Assembly (NCBI GenBank): GCA_017939945.1
Contig: JAGAZS010000139.1
Coordinates: forward strand, 1-33,636
DNA length: 33,636 nucleotides
Source of the DNA: Schwartzia sp. (in: firmicutes)
GTDB taxonomy: Bacteria > Bacillota > Negativicutes > Selenomonadales > Selenomonadaceae
Direction of reading: 5' to 3'
Below the pieces are notes generated by a model. That model worked only from the letters and a program-made list of their open reading frames with translations. It was not told where the DNA came from and did no database searches. The translations under genes were made by a program, and so were the position numbers. Of this stretch, positions 8,909 through 16,712 are shown piece after piece (position 1 is the first letter of the stretch; each line of letters starts with the position of its first letter).

Positions 8909-10269
8909 GCGTCTTGATCTTTCCCCTCAGCGGGCACGCCTTCCGCAGCCTCGCTTTCCGTCACTTCTTTGCTTGCCGCCATGACCTCCGCCGTCAGTTC
9001 GTCCTCCGGCGTCTGCGGAACTTCATGCAGCACGCGTTTCCTCGGCAGACGCTTGCGCTGCGCCGCCTCCTTCGGCGATTCCTGCGGAGCGTCCTCAGGC
9101 TTCAACGGGAAACGCACATGGACGCGCGTCCCTTGTCCCGGTTTTGACGAAACCACAAACTGCGCGCCGATGATCATCGCCCGCTCCCTCATTCCAAGAA
9201 GCCCGAAATGACCGTTGCCGGATGCATCCCGTTCCATCGCGTTCTCCGCATCGAAGCCCTTGCCGTTATCCTCGATCAGGATCGAAACCGCCGCGTCCGT
9301 ATACAACATTCGAAGAGAAGCGTTCTTGGCTTCCGCGTGATGCGCAATATTGCTCAAGGATTCTTGTATGATGCGGAACAACGCCGCCTTTACATGAGCG
9401 TCCAACGGAGCCTCGACGCCCTCCACCGTCATCGAAACCGAAACCAGTCCGCGCTCATGAAGCTGATGCACAAACTGCGCCACCGCCGCTACAAGACCGA
9501 GATCGTCAAGCGCCATCGGACGCAGATTGAAAATCACCTGCCGAACATCGGACAAGCATTCCTTCAGATGCCTGCGAAGAGTCTGCAAGCTCTCCTTCGC
9601 TTCTTCCTTGTCCACGTCTATCAACCGTTCGCAAATCGACGTTTCAAAAAGCAAATTGGCAATATCCTGCGCGGGACCGTCATGGATTTCCCGCGAAACG
9701 CGCAGACGTTCTTCTTCCTGCGCTCGGATAATCGCCGCACTCAGGAATTTGTTCTTCGACGCCGCCTCCATCTGCGCGACGACGTCACTCAATGACGAAC
9801 TCAAGAAATTCAGCATCGAGCTGATACGCATCGCCAGCCGCTCCGCCCCCTGCACTGTCCGCTGGAAATGCGCGAGCTGAGTTTCCAGTCGACTCCTAAG
9901 CTGCCGAAGCTGCTGTTCCCTCTCCCGTGCAATGCCTAAACGTACCTGCACATCTTTTACGGATTCATACGCCGCATGGATCTGCTCCTCCGAGTAGTGG
10001 GAACTGACATAAACAAGCTTCTGCTTCTCCTTCTGCTCTTCCTTCGTCAGCTCGTCTACCTCTTCGATGACCTCCAATGTCTGGCGGCGTACCTCTTCGA
10101 GATTGGCCTTGCTCGTCTCCACCTCGCGACGCGCCGCTTCGTAAACATCAAAAAGCTGTGATTTGCTGCTCTCGATGTTCGACACCATGGAGTGCAGAAT
10201 ATCCTGTAATTTGTTCTCTCCCAAATTCGGGGCCGACGATTTGCCGGTACCCTTTATCTTGATAGCCAT
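8905..10269 (-). CDS. Cytoplasmic DegS-type sensor histidine kinase (HisKA_3 + HATPase_c) with an acidic C-terminal tail
   Basis: Has an N-terminal coiled coil like the DegS sensor domain. The H-box reads IIRAQEEERLRVSREIHDGPAQDIANL. Also carries LRPMALDDLGL, the N-box QESLSNIAHHA and the G-boxes DNGKGFD and GLLGMRER. No TM segment is visible. Confidence 0.9.
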   Translation of the reverse strand: MAIKIKGTGKSSAPNLGENKLQDILHSMVSNIESSKSQLFDVYEAARREVETSKANLEEVRRQTLEVIEEVDELTKEEQKEKQKLVYVSSHYSEEQIHAAYESVKDVQVRLGIAREREQQLRQLRSRLETQLAHFQRTVQGAERLAMRISSMLNFLSSSLSDVVAQMEAASKNKFLSAAIIRAQEEERLRVSREIHDGPAQDIANLLFETSICERLIDVDKEEAKESLQTLRRHLKECLSDVRQVIFNLRPMALDDLGLVAAVAQFVHQLHERGLVSVSMTVEGVEAPLDAHVKAALFRIIQESLSNIAHHAEAKNASLRMLYTDAAVSILIEDNGKGFDAENAMERDASGNGHFGLLGMRERAMIIGAQFVVSSKPGQGTRVHVRFPLKPEDAPQESPKEAAQRKRLPRKRVLHEVPQTPEDELTAEVMAASKEVTESEAAEGVPAEGKDQDA

Positions 10270-10340
10270 CCTTTACTCTCCCGCATCACAACAGCCGCTT
10301 CGCCTGTTTCTCTTCATCTTTCGTTCGTGCTTATCTTTTT

Positions 10341-10371
10341 ATTCTACACGATTGCAAGCCGCCTTGCAATC
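10341..10371 (-). promoter_or_regulatory. Putative promoter of the kinase operon, overlapped by a 9-bp-arm inverted repeat
   Basis: On the minus strand: TTGCAA (10369-10364), 17 nt, then TAGAAT (10346-10341). The palindrome GATTGCAAG-gcgg-CTTGCAATC spans 10350-10371. Confidence 0.45.
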
Positions 10372-10396
10372 AAACATTTATTTCTTCATTCGTCAT

Positions 10397-10428
10397 AACG
10401 AAAAGACGGGAGAACTCAATCCCCCGCC
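10397..10428 (-). terminator. Terminator downstream of panD
   Basis: On the minus strand: GGCGGGGGA-ttgagt-TCTCCCGTC (two G-U pairs) followed by TTTTCGTT. Confidence 0.6.
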
Positions 10429-10435
10429 TTGATTC

Positions 10436-10819
10436 TTATTCCGTTTGTCCGTGGTATTCGACGTTGCGGACCTCCACCGCGCGGTTCTTCTCATCTACCA
10501 TAACCACCGTGGGCTTCCAGCTTCTCGCCTCCGCCTCGTCCATCCAAGCGTAGGCCATGATGATCACCGTATCGCCGGGCTGAGCGCAACGCGCCGCCGC
10601 GCCATTCAGGCAGATAACGCCGGAACCCTTCGGTCCGGGAATCACATACGTTTCCAGTCTTGCGCCGTTGTTGTTGTCCACCACCTGCACGCGCTCGTTT
10701 GGCAGGATATGAGCCTTTTCCATCAGCTCCTCGTCGATGGTGATGCTGCCCATATAATTGAGGTTCGCTTCCGTGACCGTCGCACGGTGTATCTTGGACT
10801 TGAAAAGATTCAAAAACAT
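10436..10819 (-). CDS. panD: Aspartate 1-decarboxylase
   Basis: Reads [33 protein letters not shown], including the GS self-cleavage site. The ATG at 10817-10819 has a GGGGAG SD 8 nt upstream. The track's GTG at 10828 is an alternative start. Confidence 0.95.
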   Translation of the reverse strand: MFLNLFKSKIHRATVTEANLNYMGSITIDEELMEKAHILPNERVQVVDNNNGARLETYVIPGPKGSGVICLNGAAARCAQPGDTVIIMAYAWMDEAEARSWKPTVVMVDEKNRAVEVRNVEYHGQTE

Positions 10820-10824
10820 CGCGC

Positions 10825-11676
10825 TCACTCCCCTAAAATCATGTTATCGATCAACCGCGTCTTCCCGATCTTGACCGCAATCGCCAGCAAAACCGGCTCC
10901 GTAACTTTTTTAATCGGCAACAGCGCCGGGAACGAATAAATATCCACATAGTCGATTACAGCTGTGGGCTCCGTCCCGATTTCGTCGCGAACGATATTCT
11001 TCAGCGTCTCGACGTCCTTCTCCCCGCCTCCGAATGCCTCTTTTCCTTTGCGAAGGCTGCGCGAAAGCACAAGCGCTGCCTGTTTTTCCGCCTCGGAAAG
11101 GTACTGGTTGCGAGAGCTACGGGCAAGACCGCTTTCCTCACGCACAATCGGCACCATCACAATCTCGGTAGGGATGTTCAGGTCGGAAACGAACCGCTTG
11201 ACCACGACGACCTGCTGCGCGTCCTTCTGTCCAAAATAGGCGCGGTCGGCACGGGAAAGATTCATCAGCTTCGTCACCACAGTCGCGACGCCGCGGAAAT
11301 GACCGGGGCGCTGCGCACCGCAGAGCTTCTTCGTGATATCTCCTTCGACGTTCACATAGGTGCAGTAGCCTTCCGGATACATCTCCTTCGGCTCCGGGTG
11401 GAACACCGCGTCCACCGGCACCGTCTCCATCTTCTTGCAGTCTTCCTCGAAACGACGCGGATACGCGTCAAAATCCTCGTTCGGACCGAACTGCGTCGGA
11501 TTCACGAACACCGACGCAATCACCACGTCGTTCTCCTGTCGTGCACGGCGCATCAACGTCAAATGCCCCTCATGCAGCGCGCCCATCGTCGGCACGAGCC
11601 CGATACACTTGCCCGCGTCTTTCGCCGCTTTTGAAAAAGCCTGTATTTCCTGTACGGTACGCAATACCTTCATCAT
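10825..11676 (-). CDS. panC: Pantoate--beta-alanine ligase
   Basis: Contains [21 protein letters not shown] and [18 protein letters not shown]. Confidence 0.95.
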   Translation of the reverse strand: MMKVLRTVQEIQAFSKAAKDAGKCIGLVPTMGALHEGHLTLMRRARQENDVVIASVFVNPTQFGPNEDFDAYPRRFEEDCKKMETVPVDAVFHPEPKEMYPEGYCTYVNVEGDITKKLCGAQRPGHFRGVATVVTKLMNLSRADRAYFGQKDAQQVVVVKRFVSDLNIPTEIVMVPIVREESGLARSSRNQYLSEAEKQAALVLSRSLRKGKEAFGGGEKDVETLKNIVRDEIGTEPTAVIDYVDIYSFPALLPIKKVTEPVLLAIAVKIGKTRLIDNMILGE

Positions 11677-11698
11677 TTTTCTCCTTTACTTTTATCGT

Positions 11699-12655
11699 TT
11701 ACACCGCCGAATGCGCGTCTACCAGCGTGTCATCCCTATTCGCGTCCTTCCGCACAAAATAATTCGCGAGGAACGAACCGGAGACATTGTGCCACAGGCT
11801 GAATATCGCGCCCGGCACCGCCGCCAACGGATTGAAATACATGACCGCCAACGACGCGGCAAGACCGGAATTCTGCATACCGACCTCAATGGCGACAGCC
11901 CGCGCCTTCGCCGGGGTCAGCCGAAACACCTTCGCCAGAGTATAACCGCACAGAAGACCGAAGCCGTTGTGCAGAATCACAACGAAGAAAATCAAAAGTC
12001 CGTGTGCGAAAAGCTTCTCCGCCGACAAAGCGACGACGCCGCCGACGAGCAGGGCAATCGCTATCACGGAAATCAACGGCAGCACCGGCAGGAATTTTTC
12101 GACGACCTTCCCCGCGAAATGATTGACCAATAGTCCGGCAATCACCGGGCAAAGCACCATCATCGCAATGGACTTCATCATCGCGACAAGGGAAATGTCC
12201 ACCCACGCGCCCGCGAGTACCCAGGTCAGGAACGGCGTCACCAGCGGCGCGAGCAGCGTCGTCGTCATCGTCATTGCGACGGACAGAGCGACGTCTCCCT
12301 TCGCCAGATAGGTAATGACGTTCGACGCAGTACCGCCGGGGCAAGTACCGACAAGCACGACGCCAATGGCAATATCCGGCGGCAGAGCAAAGACCTTGAC
12401 CAACGCCCAGGCAATCAAAGGCATCAAGGTGAACTGTGCCAAAGCGCCGATGCCGACCTCCCAAGGCCGCTTCGCGAGCATATGGAAATCCTCAAACTTC
12501 AGCGTCATGCCCATGCCGAACATCACGACGCCGAGCATCCACGGCACATGGGGTCCGACCCACTGAAGCGACGAAGGAACCGCCGCGCCCAAAATCGAGA
12601 TCAAGATGATCAGGATCGCCATGTTGTCCACGATAAGACCGCAAAACTTTTTCAT
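11699..12655 (-). CDS. Bile acid:Na+ symporter (BASS) family transporter, candidate PanS-like pantoate/ketopantoate importer
   Basis: Polytopic membrane protein with BASS-like segments (GMGMTLKFEDF, LVGTCPGGTASNV, EVGMQNSGLA). I set the start at MKKFCGLIV (ATG 12653-12655), which has an AGGAGGG SD. It lies 22 nt upstream of panC on the same strand. Confidence 0.85.
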   Translation of the reverse strand: MKKFCGLIVDNMAILIILISILGAAVPSSLQWVGPHVPWMLGVVMFGMGMTLKFEDFHMLAKRPWEVGIGALAQFTLMPLIAWALVKVFALPPDIAIGVVLVGTCPGGTASNVITYLAKGDVALSVAMTMTTTLLAPLVTPFLTWVLAGAWVDISLVAMMKSIAMMVLCPVIAGLLVNHFAGKVVEKFLPVLPLISVIAIALLVGGVVALSAEKLFAHGLLIFFVVILHNGFGLLCGYTLAKVFRLTPAKARAVAIEVGMQNSGLAASLAVMYFNPLAAVPGAIFSLWHNVSGSFLANYFVRKDANRDDTLVDAHSAV

Positions 12656-12880
12656 CAGAATCCCTCCTTTTCGGATCCCAAGGAGCACGGCTATATAAAA
12701 AACGCCTCTCGGCAAAGACCGAAAGGCGCAGAAAATTCCTGTGCAAAAGCCTCTCTGTCTCAGTCGAACCGATCTAAGCAGACATCCCTAAATTGACCGT
12801 AAACCTATGAAAGTATAATTCCCAAAAGGATATTATCTCTGTTCCGATGGTAGGATAGCACAACGCAATCGAAATTGCAA
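12656..12880 (-). promoter_or_regulatory. Promoter plus a roughly 190-nt structured leader (riboswitch/attenuator candidate)
   Basis: On the minus strand: TTGCAA (12880-12875), 17 nt, then TGcTATCCT (-10 at 12857-12852). The leader has a bulged-A hairpin at 12754-12782, an antiterminator-capable GAGAGGC at 12749-12755, the terminator at 12691-12728, and an anti-SD CTCCTT (12680-12685) complementary to the SD AAGGAG (12664-12669). Confidence 0.45.
12691..12728 (-). terminator. Strong intrinsic terminator inside the 5' leader of the transporter-panCD operon
   Basis: On the minus strand: CGCCTTTCGG-tctttg-CCGAGAGGCG followed by TTTTTTATATA. It ends about 35 nt before the transporter ATG. Confidence 0.7.
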
Positions 12881-12916
12881 TGAAAAAAACAAGATTTAAG
12901 CACAATTTAATGAAAC

Positions 12917-12952
12917 GCCGACAGTTTGAAACTTTTATTGCGACCTGTCGGC
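12917..12952 (-). terminator. Possible htpG terminator (weak U-tract)
   Basis: On the minus strand: GCCGACAG, a 20-nt loop, CTGTCGGC, then GTTTCATTAAATT. Confidence 0.4.
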
Positions 12953-12982
12953 ATTTCAATTTCTATGTTTTATTTATTATGA

Positions 12983-14935
12983 TTACTTGGCCATCAGTTT
13001 TGCGACCTTGTTCGCGAAATCCACCGGGTTCTCCGGCAGAATTCCCTCAATCAAAAGCGCCTGAGTGTACAGCAAATCGCAGTAATCCTTGAAATCTTGG
13101 CTGTCCTTGCCCGCCTCATGAAGTTTTTGCAAGCGTCCGAAGAGGTCGTGGTGAGGATTCAGTTCAAGAATGCGCTTTGCCTTAAACAACGGATTGTCCA
13201 TGTCGGCAAAGGTTTGCTCCATCGAAAGGCTCGGCCCCATCTCATCAGCGACGAGGCAGACCGCACTGGTCTTCAGCCGCTGCGAGACCTTGACGTCAGC
13301 AACCTTGTCACCCAGCGTCTCCTTAATATCCTTGATCAGGTCGTCATTCTTCTTTGCGATGTCCTCGGTCTCTTTTTTCGCCGTCTCGGACTCCGCGTCA
13401 CCAAGGTCGAGATCGCCCCGAGCGATGGACTGGAACTCCTTTCCGTCGTAATCATGCAGCGCCTCTATAGCGAACTCGTCCACCGGATCCGTGCAGAACA
13501 ACACTTCAAGTCCCTTTTCGCGCAAAAGTTCCATCTGCGGCAAAGCCTCAATGATAGTTTTGTCCTTGCCTGTCGCATAGTAAATCTTCTTCTGGGAAAG
13601 CGGCATCCGCTCCTTATACTCCTTCAGCGTAACGAGCTTTTCTTCCTTCGAACTGGGGAACAACACGAGATCCTTCAGCTTTTCCTTTGCGTCGCCCGCC
13701 ATATAGATGGTGTTGTAAATACCGATCTTCAACGATTTTCCAAACTCCGCCCAGAATTTCTCGTACTTCTCGCGGTCTTTGTCCAGCATTTTTTCGAGAG
13801 CTTTCAGAACTGTCTTTTCAAGGTTCTTTCCGATAACCTTCAACTCACGGCTCTGCTGCAAAAGCTCACGGGAAATGTTTAGCGAGAGATCAGGGGAATC
13901 CACAAGTCCCTTGATAAAGCGCAAATAATCCGGCAGCAAATCCTTGCACTTCTCCATGATAAAGACATGCCGCGAATAAAGCTGCATTCCCGGCTCAAAG
14001 TCTGTATGGTAGAGATTAAACGGCGCCTTCGACGGAATGTACATCAGTGCCGTGTACTCGACAGTGCCTTCCGCTTTTGTATGGAAAACCTCCATAGGGT
14101 CTTCCCATTCGTGGAACTGGTTCTTGTAAAACTCGTTGTACTCTTCCTTCTTGATATCGCTCTTGTTCTTCGTCCAGAGGGGCTGCATCGAATTCAGCGT
14201 GCGGACCTCGACCTTCTTCTCCGGCTTTGCGTCCTCAATGACTTTACCGTCCTTGTCCTTTGGCTTCTCCTCAGTGACAAAGTCCATTTTGATTGGATAA
14301 CGTACATAATCCGAGTACTTTTTAACGAGCCGCTCAATACGATACGTCTCGGTGAAGTCCTCCTCCGCCTCGTCGCCGTAAAATTCTTTTTTCAGGTCAA
14401 GCGTAATTGTCGTGCCGCGTTTTTCCTTCTCACACGGCTCGATGCTGAACGTTCCGCTGCCGTCCGACTCCCAACGTACCGCATCCTTTGTGCCGGCCTT
14501 GCGCGTTGTAATCGTAACCTTCTCCGCAACCATGAACGCCGAATAAAATCCGACGCCAAACTGGCCGATCATATCCTTGTCGGTGACCTCGCCGCCTTCC
14601 TTAGCTTCTTTCATTTTTTCAAGGAACGCCTTTGTGCCGGACTTCGCGATTGTACCGATGTTTTCGATGACCTCGTCCTTTGTCATGCCGATGCCGTTGT
14701 CCGAAATCGTCAAAGTATGGCTGTCCTTATCCGGCACGAGGTAAATCTCGTAATCCTCGTCCCCCTCCAAAAGCTCCCTATTCGTCAACGACTCAAAATG
14801 AACCTTGTCAATAGCGTCCGACGCATTCGAGATCAACTCCCGCAAAAAAATTTCCTTATTCGTGTAAATAGAATTGACCATTAGATCGAGAAGCTGTTTT
14901 GTCTCTGCTTGAAATTCGTGCATTTCCTTCGCCAT
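12983..14935 (-). CDS. htpG: Molecular chaperone HtpG (Hsp90)
   Basis: Contains FQAETKQLLDLMVNSIYTNKEIFLRELISNASDAIDK and GQFGVGFYSAFMVA, at 650 aa. Confidence 0.97.
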   Translation of the reverse strand: MAKEMHEFQAETKQLLDLMVNSIYTNKEIFLRELISNASDAIDKVHFESLTNRELLEGDEDYEIYLVPDKDSHTLTISDNGIGMTKDEVIENIGTIAKSGTKAFLEKMKEAKEGGEVTDKDMIGQFGVGFYSAFMVAEKVTITTRKAGTKDAVRWESDGSGTFSIEPCEKEKRGTTITLDLKKEFYGDEAEEDFTETYRIERLVKKYSDYVRYPIKMDFVTEEKPKDKDGKVIEDAKPEKKVEVRTLNSMQPLWTKNKSDIKKEEYNEFYKNQFHEWEDPMEVFHTKAEGTVEYTALMYIPSKAPFNLYHTDFEPGMQLYSRHVFIMEKCKDLLPDYLRFIKGLVDSPDLSLNISRELLQQSRELKVIGKNLEKTVLKALEKMLDKDREKYEKFWAEFGKSLKIGIYNTIYMAGDAKEKLKDLVLFPSSKEEKLVTLKEYKERMPLSQKKIYYATGKDKTIIEALPQMELLREKGLEVLFCTDPVDEFAIEALHDYDGKEFQSIARGDLDLGDAESETAKKETEDIAKKNDDLIKDIKETLGDKVADVKVSQRLKTSAVCLVADEMGPSLSMEQTFADMDNPLFKAKRILELNPHHDLFGRLQKLHEAGKDSQDFKDYCDLLYTQALLIEGILPENPVDFANKVAKLMAK

Positions 14936-14968
14936 GAAAGAACAATCTCCTTTGCATTAAAAAATAGG

Positions 14969-14995
14969 TTTGGCACTCTCACTCTTCGAGTGCCA
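14969..14995 (-). promoter_or_regulatory. CIRCE-like inverted repeat (HrcA operator) in front of htpG
   Basis: TTGGCACTC-N9-GAGTGCCAA, against the consensus TTAGCACTC-N9-GAGTGCTAA. It differs by one symmetric A-to-G change per arm, and the arms extend to AGGTTTGGCACTC. It lies directly downstream of the -10. Confidence 0.7.
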
Positions 14996-15000
14996 AACCT

Positions 15001-15029
15001 ATAATACATCAAAAAGTCAAACTTTGCAA
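15001..15029 (-). promoter_or_regulatory. Sigma-A type promoter of htpG
   Basis: On the minus strand: TTGCAA (15029-15024), 17 nt, then TATTAT (15006-15001). Confidence 0.6.
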
Positions 15030-15045
15030 GACGGTTGAAAAAAAT

Positions 15046-15435
15046 TCAAACTTCCACTTTCCAAAGCCCGTGAAGATTGCAATACTCATAGGCTGCAACA
15101 GGCGCGTCCCCCTCCGTCAGTGCAAATGTCGCCTCCGGATCATCACCCGACGTAAAGAAATGAAACTGTCCACCTTTTTTCGTCTGCAAATAAATCCACT
15201 GGATATAATGCGCATCAACCATCGGGTGAGGCGCGCTGCCTATTTTGACAGTTATTTGGCTGCCTTTCGCCTCAATAACCGGCACATGTTTTTCCTGCGA
15301 AGCATCTGTCGTATTCGCCGTCAAAAGCTCCGCCGTTCCCTCACCGCAACAATCCGCACTATCTTTTCCGCCCGGAAGCGCCATCACTAAGCGCCCGCAG
15401 GTACGGCAACGCAAAAATTTCGGTTCAAATTTCAT
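15046..15435 (-). CDS. dfx: Desulfoferrodoxin (2Fe superoxide reductase)
   Basis: The N-terminal desulforedoxin site is CRTC...CC. It also has EKHVPVIE and HPMVDAHYIQWI, and the C-terminal YEYCNLHGLWK supplies the centre II ligands. Confidence 0.92.
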   Translation of the reverse strand: MKFEPKFLRCRTCGRLVMALPGGKDSADCCGEGTAELLTANTTDASQEKHVPVIEAKGSQITVKIGSAPHPMVDAHYIQWIYLQTKKGGQFHFFTSGDDPEATFALTEGDAPVAAYEYCNLHGLWKVEV

Positions 15436-15449
15436 GCCGATTCCCCCTT

Positions 15450-15806
15450 TCAGGTCTCGCTGTCTTCCTCATCCATCAACGCTTCATAAGCCGCCAGCAC
15501 CGCCTCGAATTCCTCATCCGTGGGCTCAACATAGGCTTCCTCACCACTCTCGTCCAGCACCATCTTCGCGAAGAACGCAGAATCTTCATCGTCTTCTTCG
15601 TGCTCATGCGCATGATCGTGGCAGTGGCACTGCTCTTCCTCATCGTCGCAAGTCGGAACAAGCAGCGCATACTTATCACCCTGCACTTCCAGAATCAATT
15701 CCTGAACATAATAATACTCGTTCCCCTCATCATCGGTCATCACAACGATAATCTCGTCGTCCCCCATCTGCTCCTCGTCCATCGGCATTTCTTTTTCCGA
15801 AGCCAT
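15450..15806 (-). CDS. DUF1292-family acidic protein with a Cys/His-rich insert
   Basis: Reads IIVVMTDDEGNEYYYVQELILEVQGDKYALLVP...EEAYVEPTDEEFEAVLAAYEAL, which matches the DUF1292 pattern. The start ATG 15804-15806 follows an AAGAGGTG SD. The insert CDDEEEQCHCHDHAHEH is encoded at 15600-15650. Confidence 0.8.
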   Translation of the reverse strand: MASEKEMPMDEEQMGDDEIIVVMTDDEGNEYYYVQELILEVQGDKYALLVPTCDDEEEQCHCHDHAHEHEEDDEDSAFFAKMVLDESGEEAYVEPTDEEFEAVLAAYEALMDEEDSET

Positions 15807-15874
15807 GCGTACACCTCTTTCTTCATTGTCCATACATTTCATCGGAAATATTGTATCGTAATTTGACGGAAGTT

Positions 15875-16678
15875 TCAATACCTCTCGCTTTCAAACATCC
15901 GGTATCTGTTCACTCCGCGGGTTGTTGCCTCGTCCAACGCCTGCCCGGCACAATCAATCAGCTGCCTCGCCGAAGTATGCTCCCTTCCGGTGACGGCAAT
16001 TCCGATGCTGCAAGAAATCTGCAGGGAATTATCAAGGGCGCGACGGGAAAACTCATCCAAGAAGCGCTGCGCACGATGTTCCACAACATCAATGGAAAGA
16101 GACCCGCGAAAGAAGACAATAAAACGGGAATCCGATAACAGGCCGAAAATGTCGGAATCCCGAAATTCCGCTCTCATAGTTGCTTCCATGATTTCATAAC
16201 ATTTGCTCTTTTGGCTTGTGCCTGCCAAGTTTCCTTTGTCAAATCCATCAATCCCCAGCGCAAACATAACGCCTTTTTCCCGCGTGTGCAGAAGCAGCAT
16301 GTCGGCGTCTATCCGTGCAATTAACGCGCCTTCGTCACATATGGCTCTTCCTCGAATCGTCGCTGCTCCCTTGGATGCGGAAAGAGGTTCGGCAAAACCC
16401 ACGACCCCCTTTTCCCTTTCCAGTCGCCTGTATGTCAGCCTGAAAAGATCACCGTTCCTTTTTTCCGGCGCATGAACGTCAACACAACCTGTCGTCTGCT
16501 CATCCCATAAGAACCGCCACTCCGATGCTATATCGGATTTCTTTACACCCTCGATCTGTGAGGAATCCGGTTTCTGCGGTGACCAATATGCCAAGCAATC
16601 CGTACGTGCATCGTATGTCCACGCGATGACATGCGCACGCCGAGCCAATATACTAATAAGCTCATTTTGACCGTTCAT
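15875..16678 (-). CDS. PAS-like plus degenerate GGDEF domain protein (predicted catalytically inactive)
   Basis: The C-terminal half aligns to the GGDEF fold (LGIDGFDKGN..., SCSIGIAV, AGQALDEATTRGVNRY). The GG[DE]EF signature is replaced by SDSRF, while an RxxD (RDSD) remains five residues upstream. Confidence 0.7.
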   Translation of the reverse strand: MNGQNELISILARRAHVIAWTYDARTDCLAYWSPQKPDSSQIEGVKKSDIASEWRFLWDEQTTGCVDVHAPEKRNGDLFRLTYRRLEREKGVVGFAEPLSASKGAATIRGRAICDEGALIARIDADMLLLHTREKGVMFALGIDGFDKGNLAGTSQKSKCYEIMEATMRAEFRDSDIFGLLSDSRFIVFFRGSLSIDVVEHRAQRFLDEFSRRALDNSLQISCSIGIAVTGREHTSARQLIDCAGQALDEATTRGVNRYRMFESERY

Positions 16679-16712
16679 TGCAGCATCGCATCCTCATCAT
16701 TTAACGACTAAA

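Noticed and set aside
12774-12959. 61-aa minus-strand ORF in the AT-rich htpG/transporter spacer.
   Set aside because: It starts inside the putative htpG terminator hairpin, has no SD and runs through the predicted promoter. I interpret the region as a non-coding leader.
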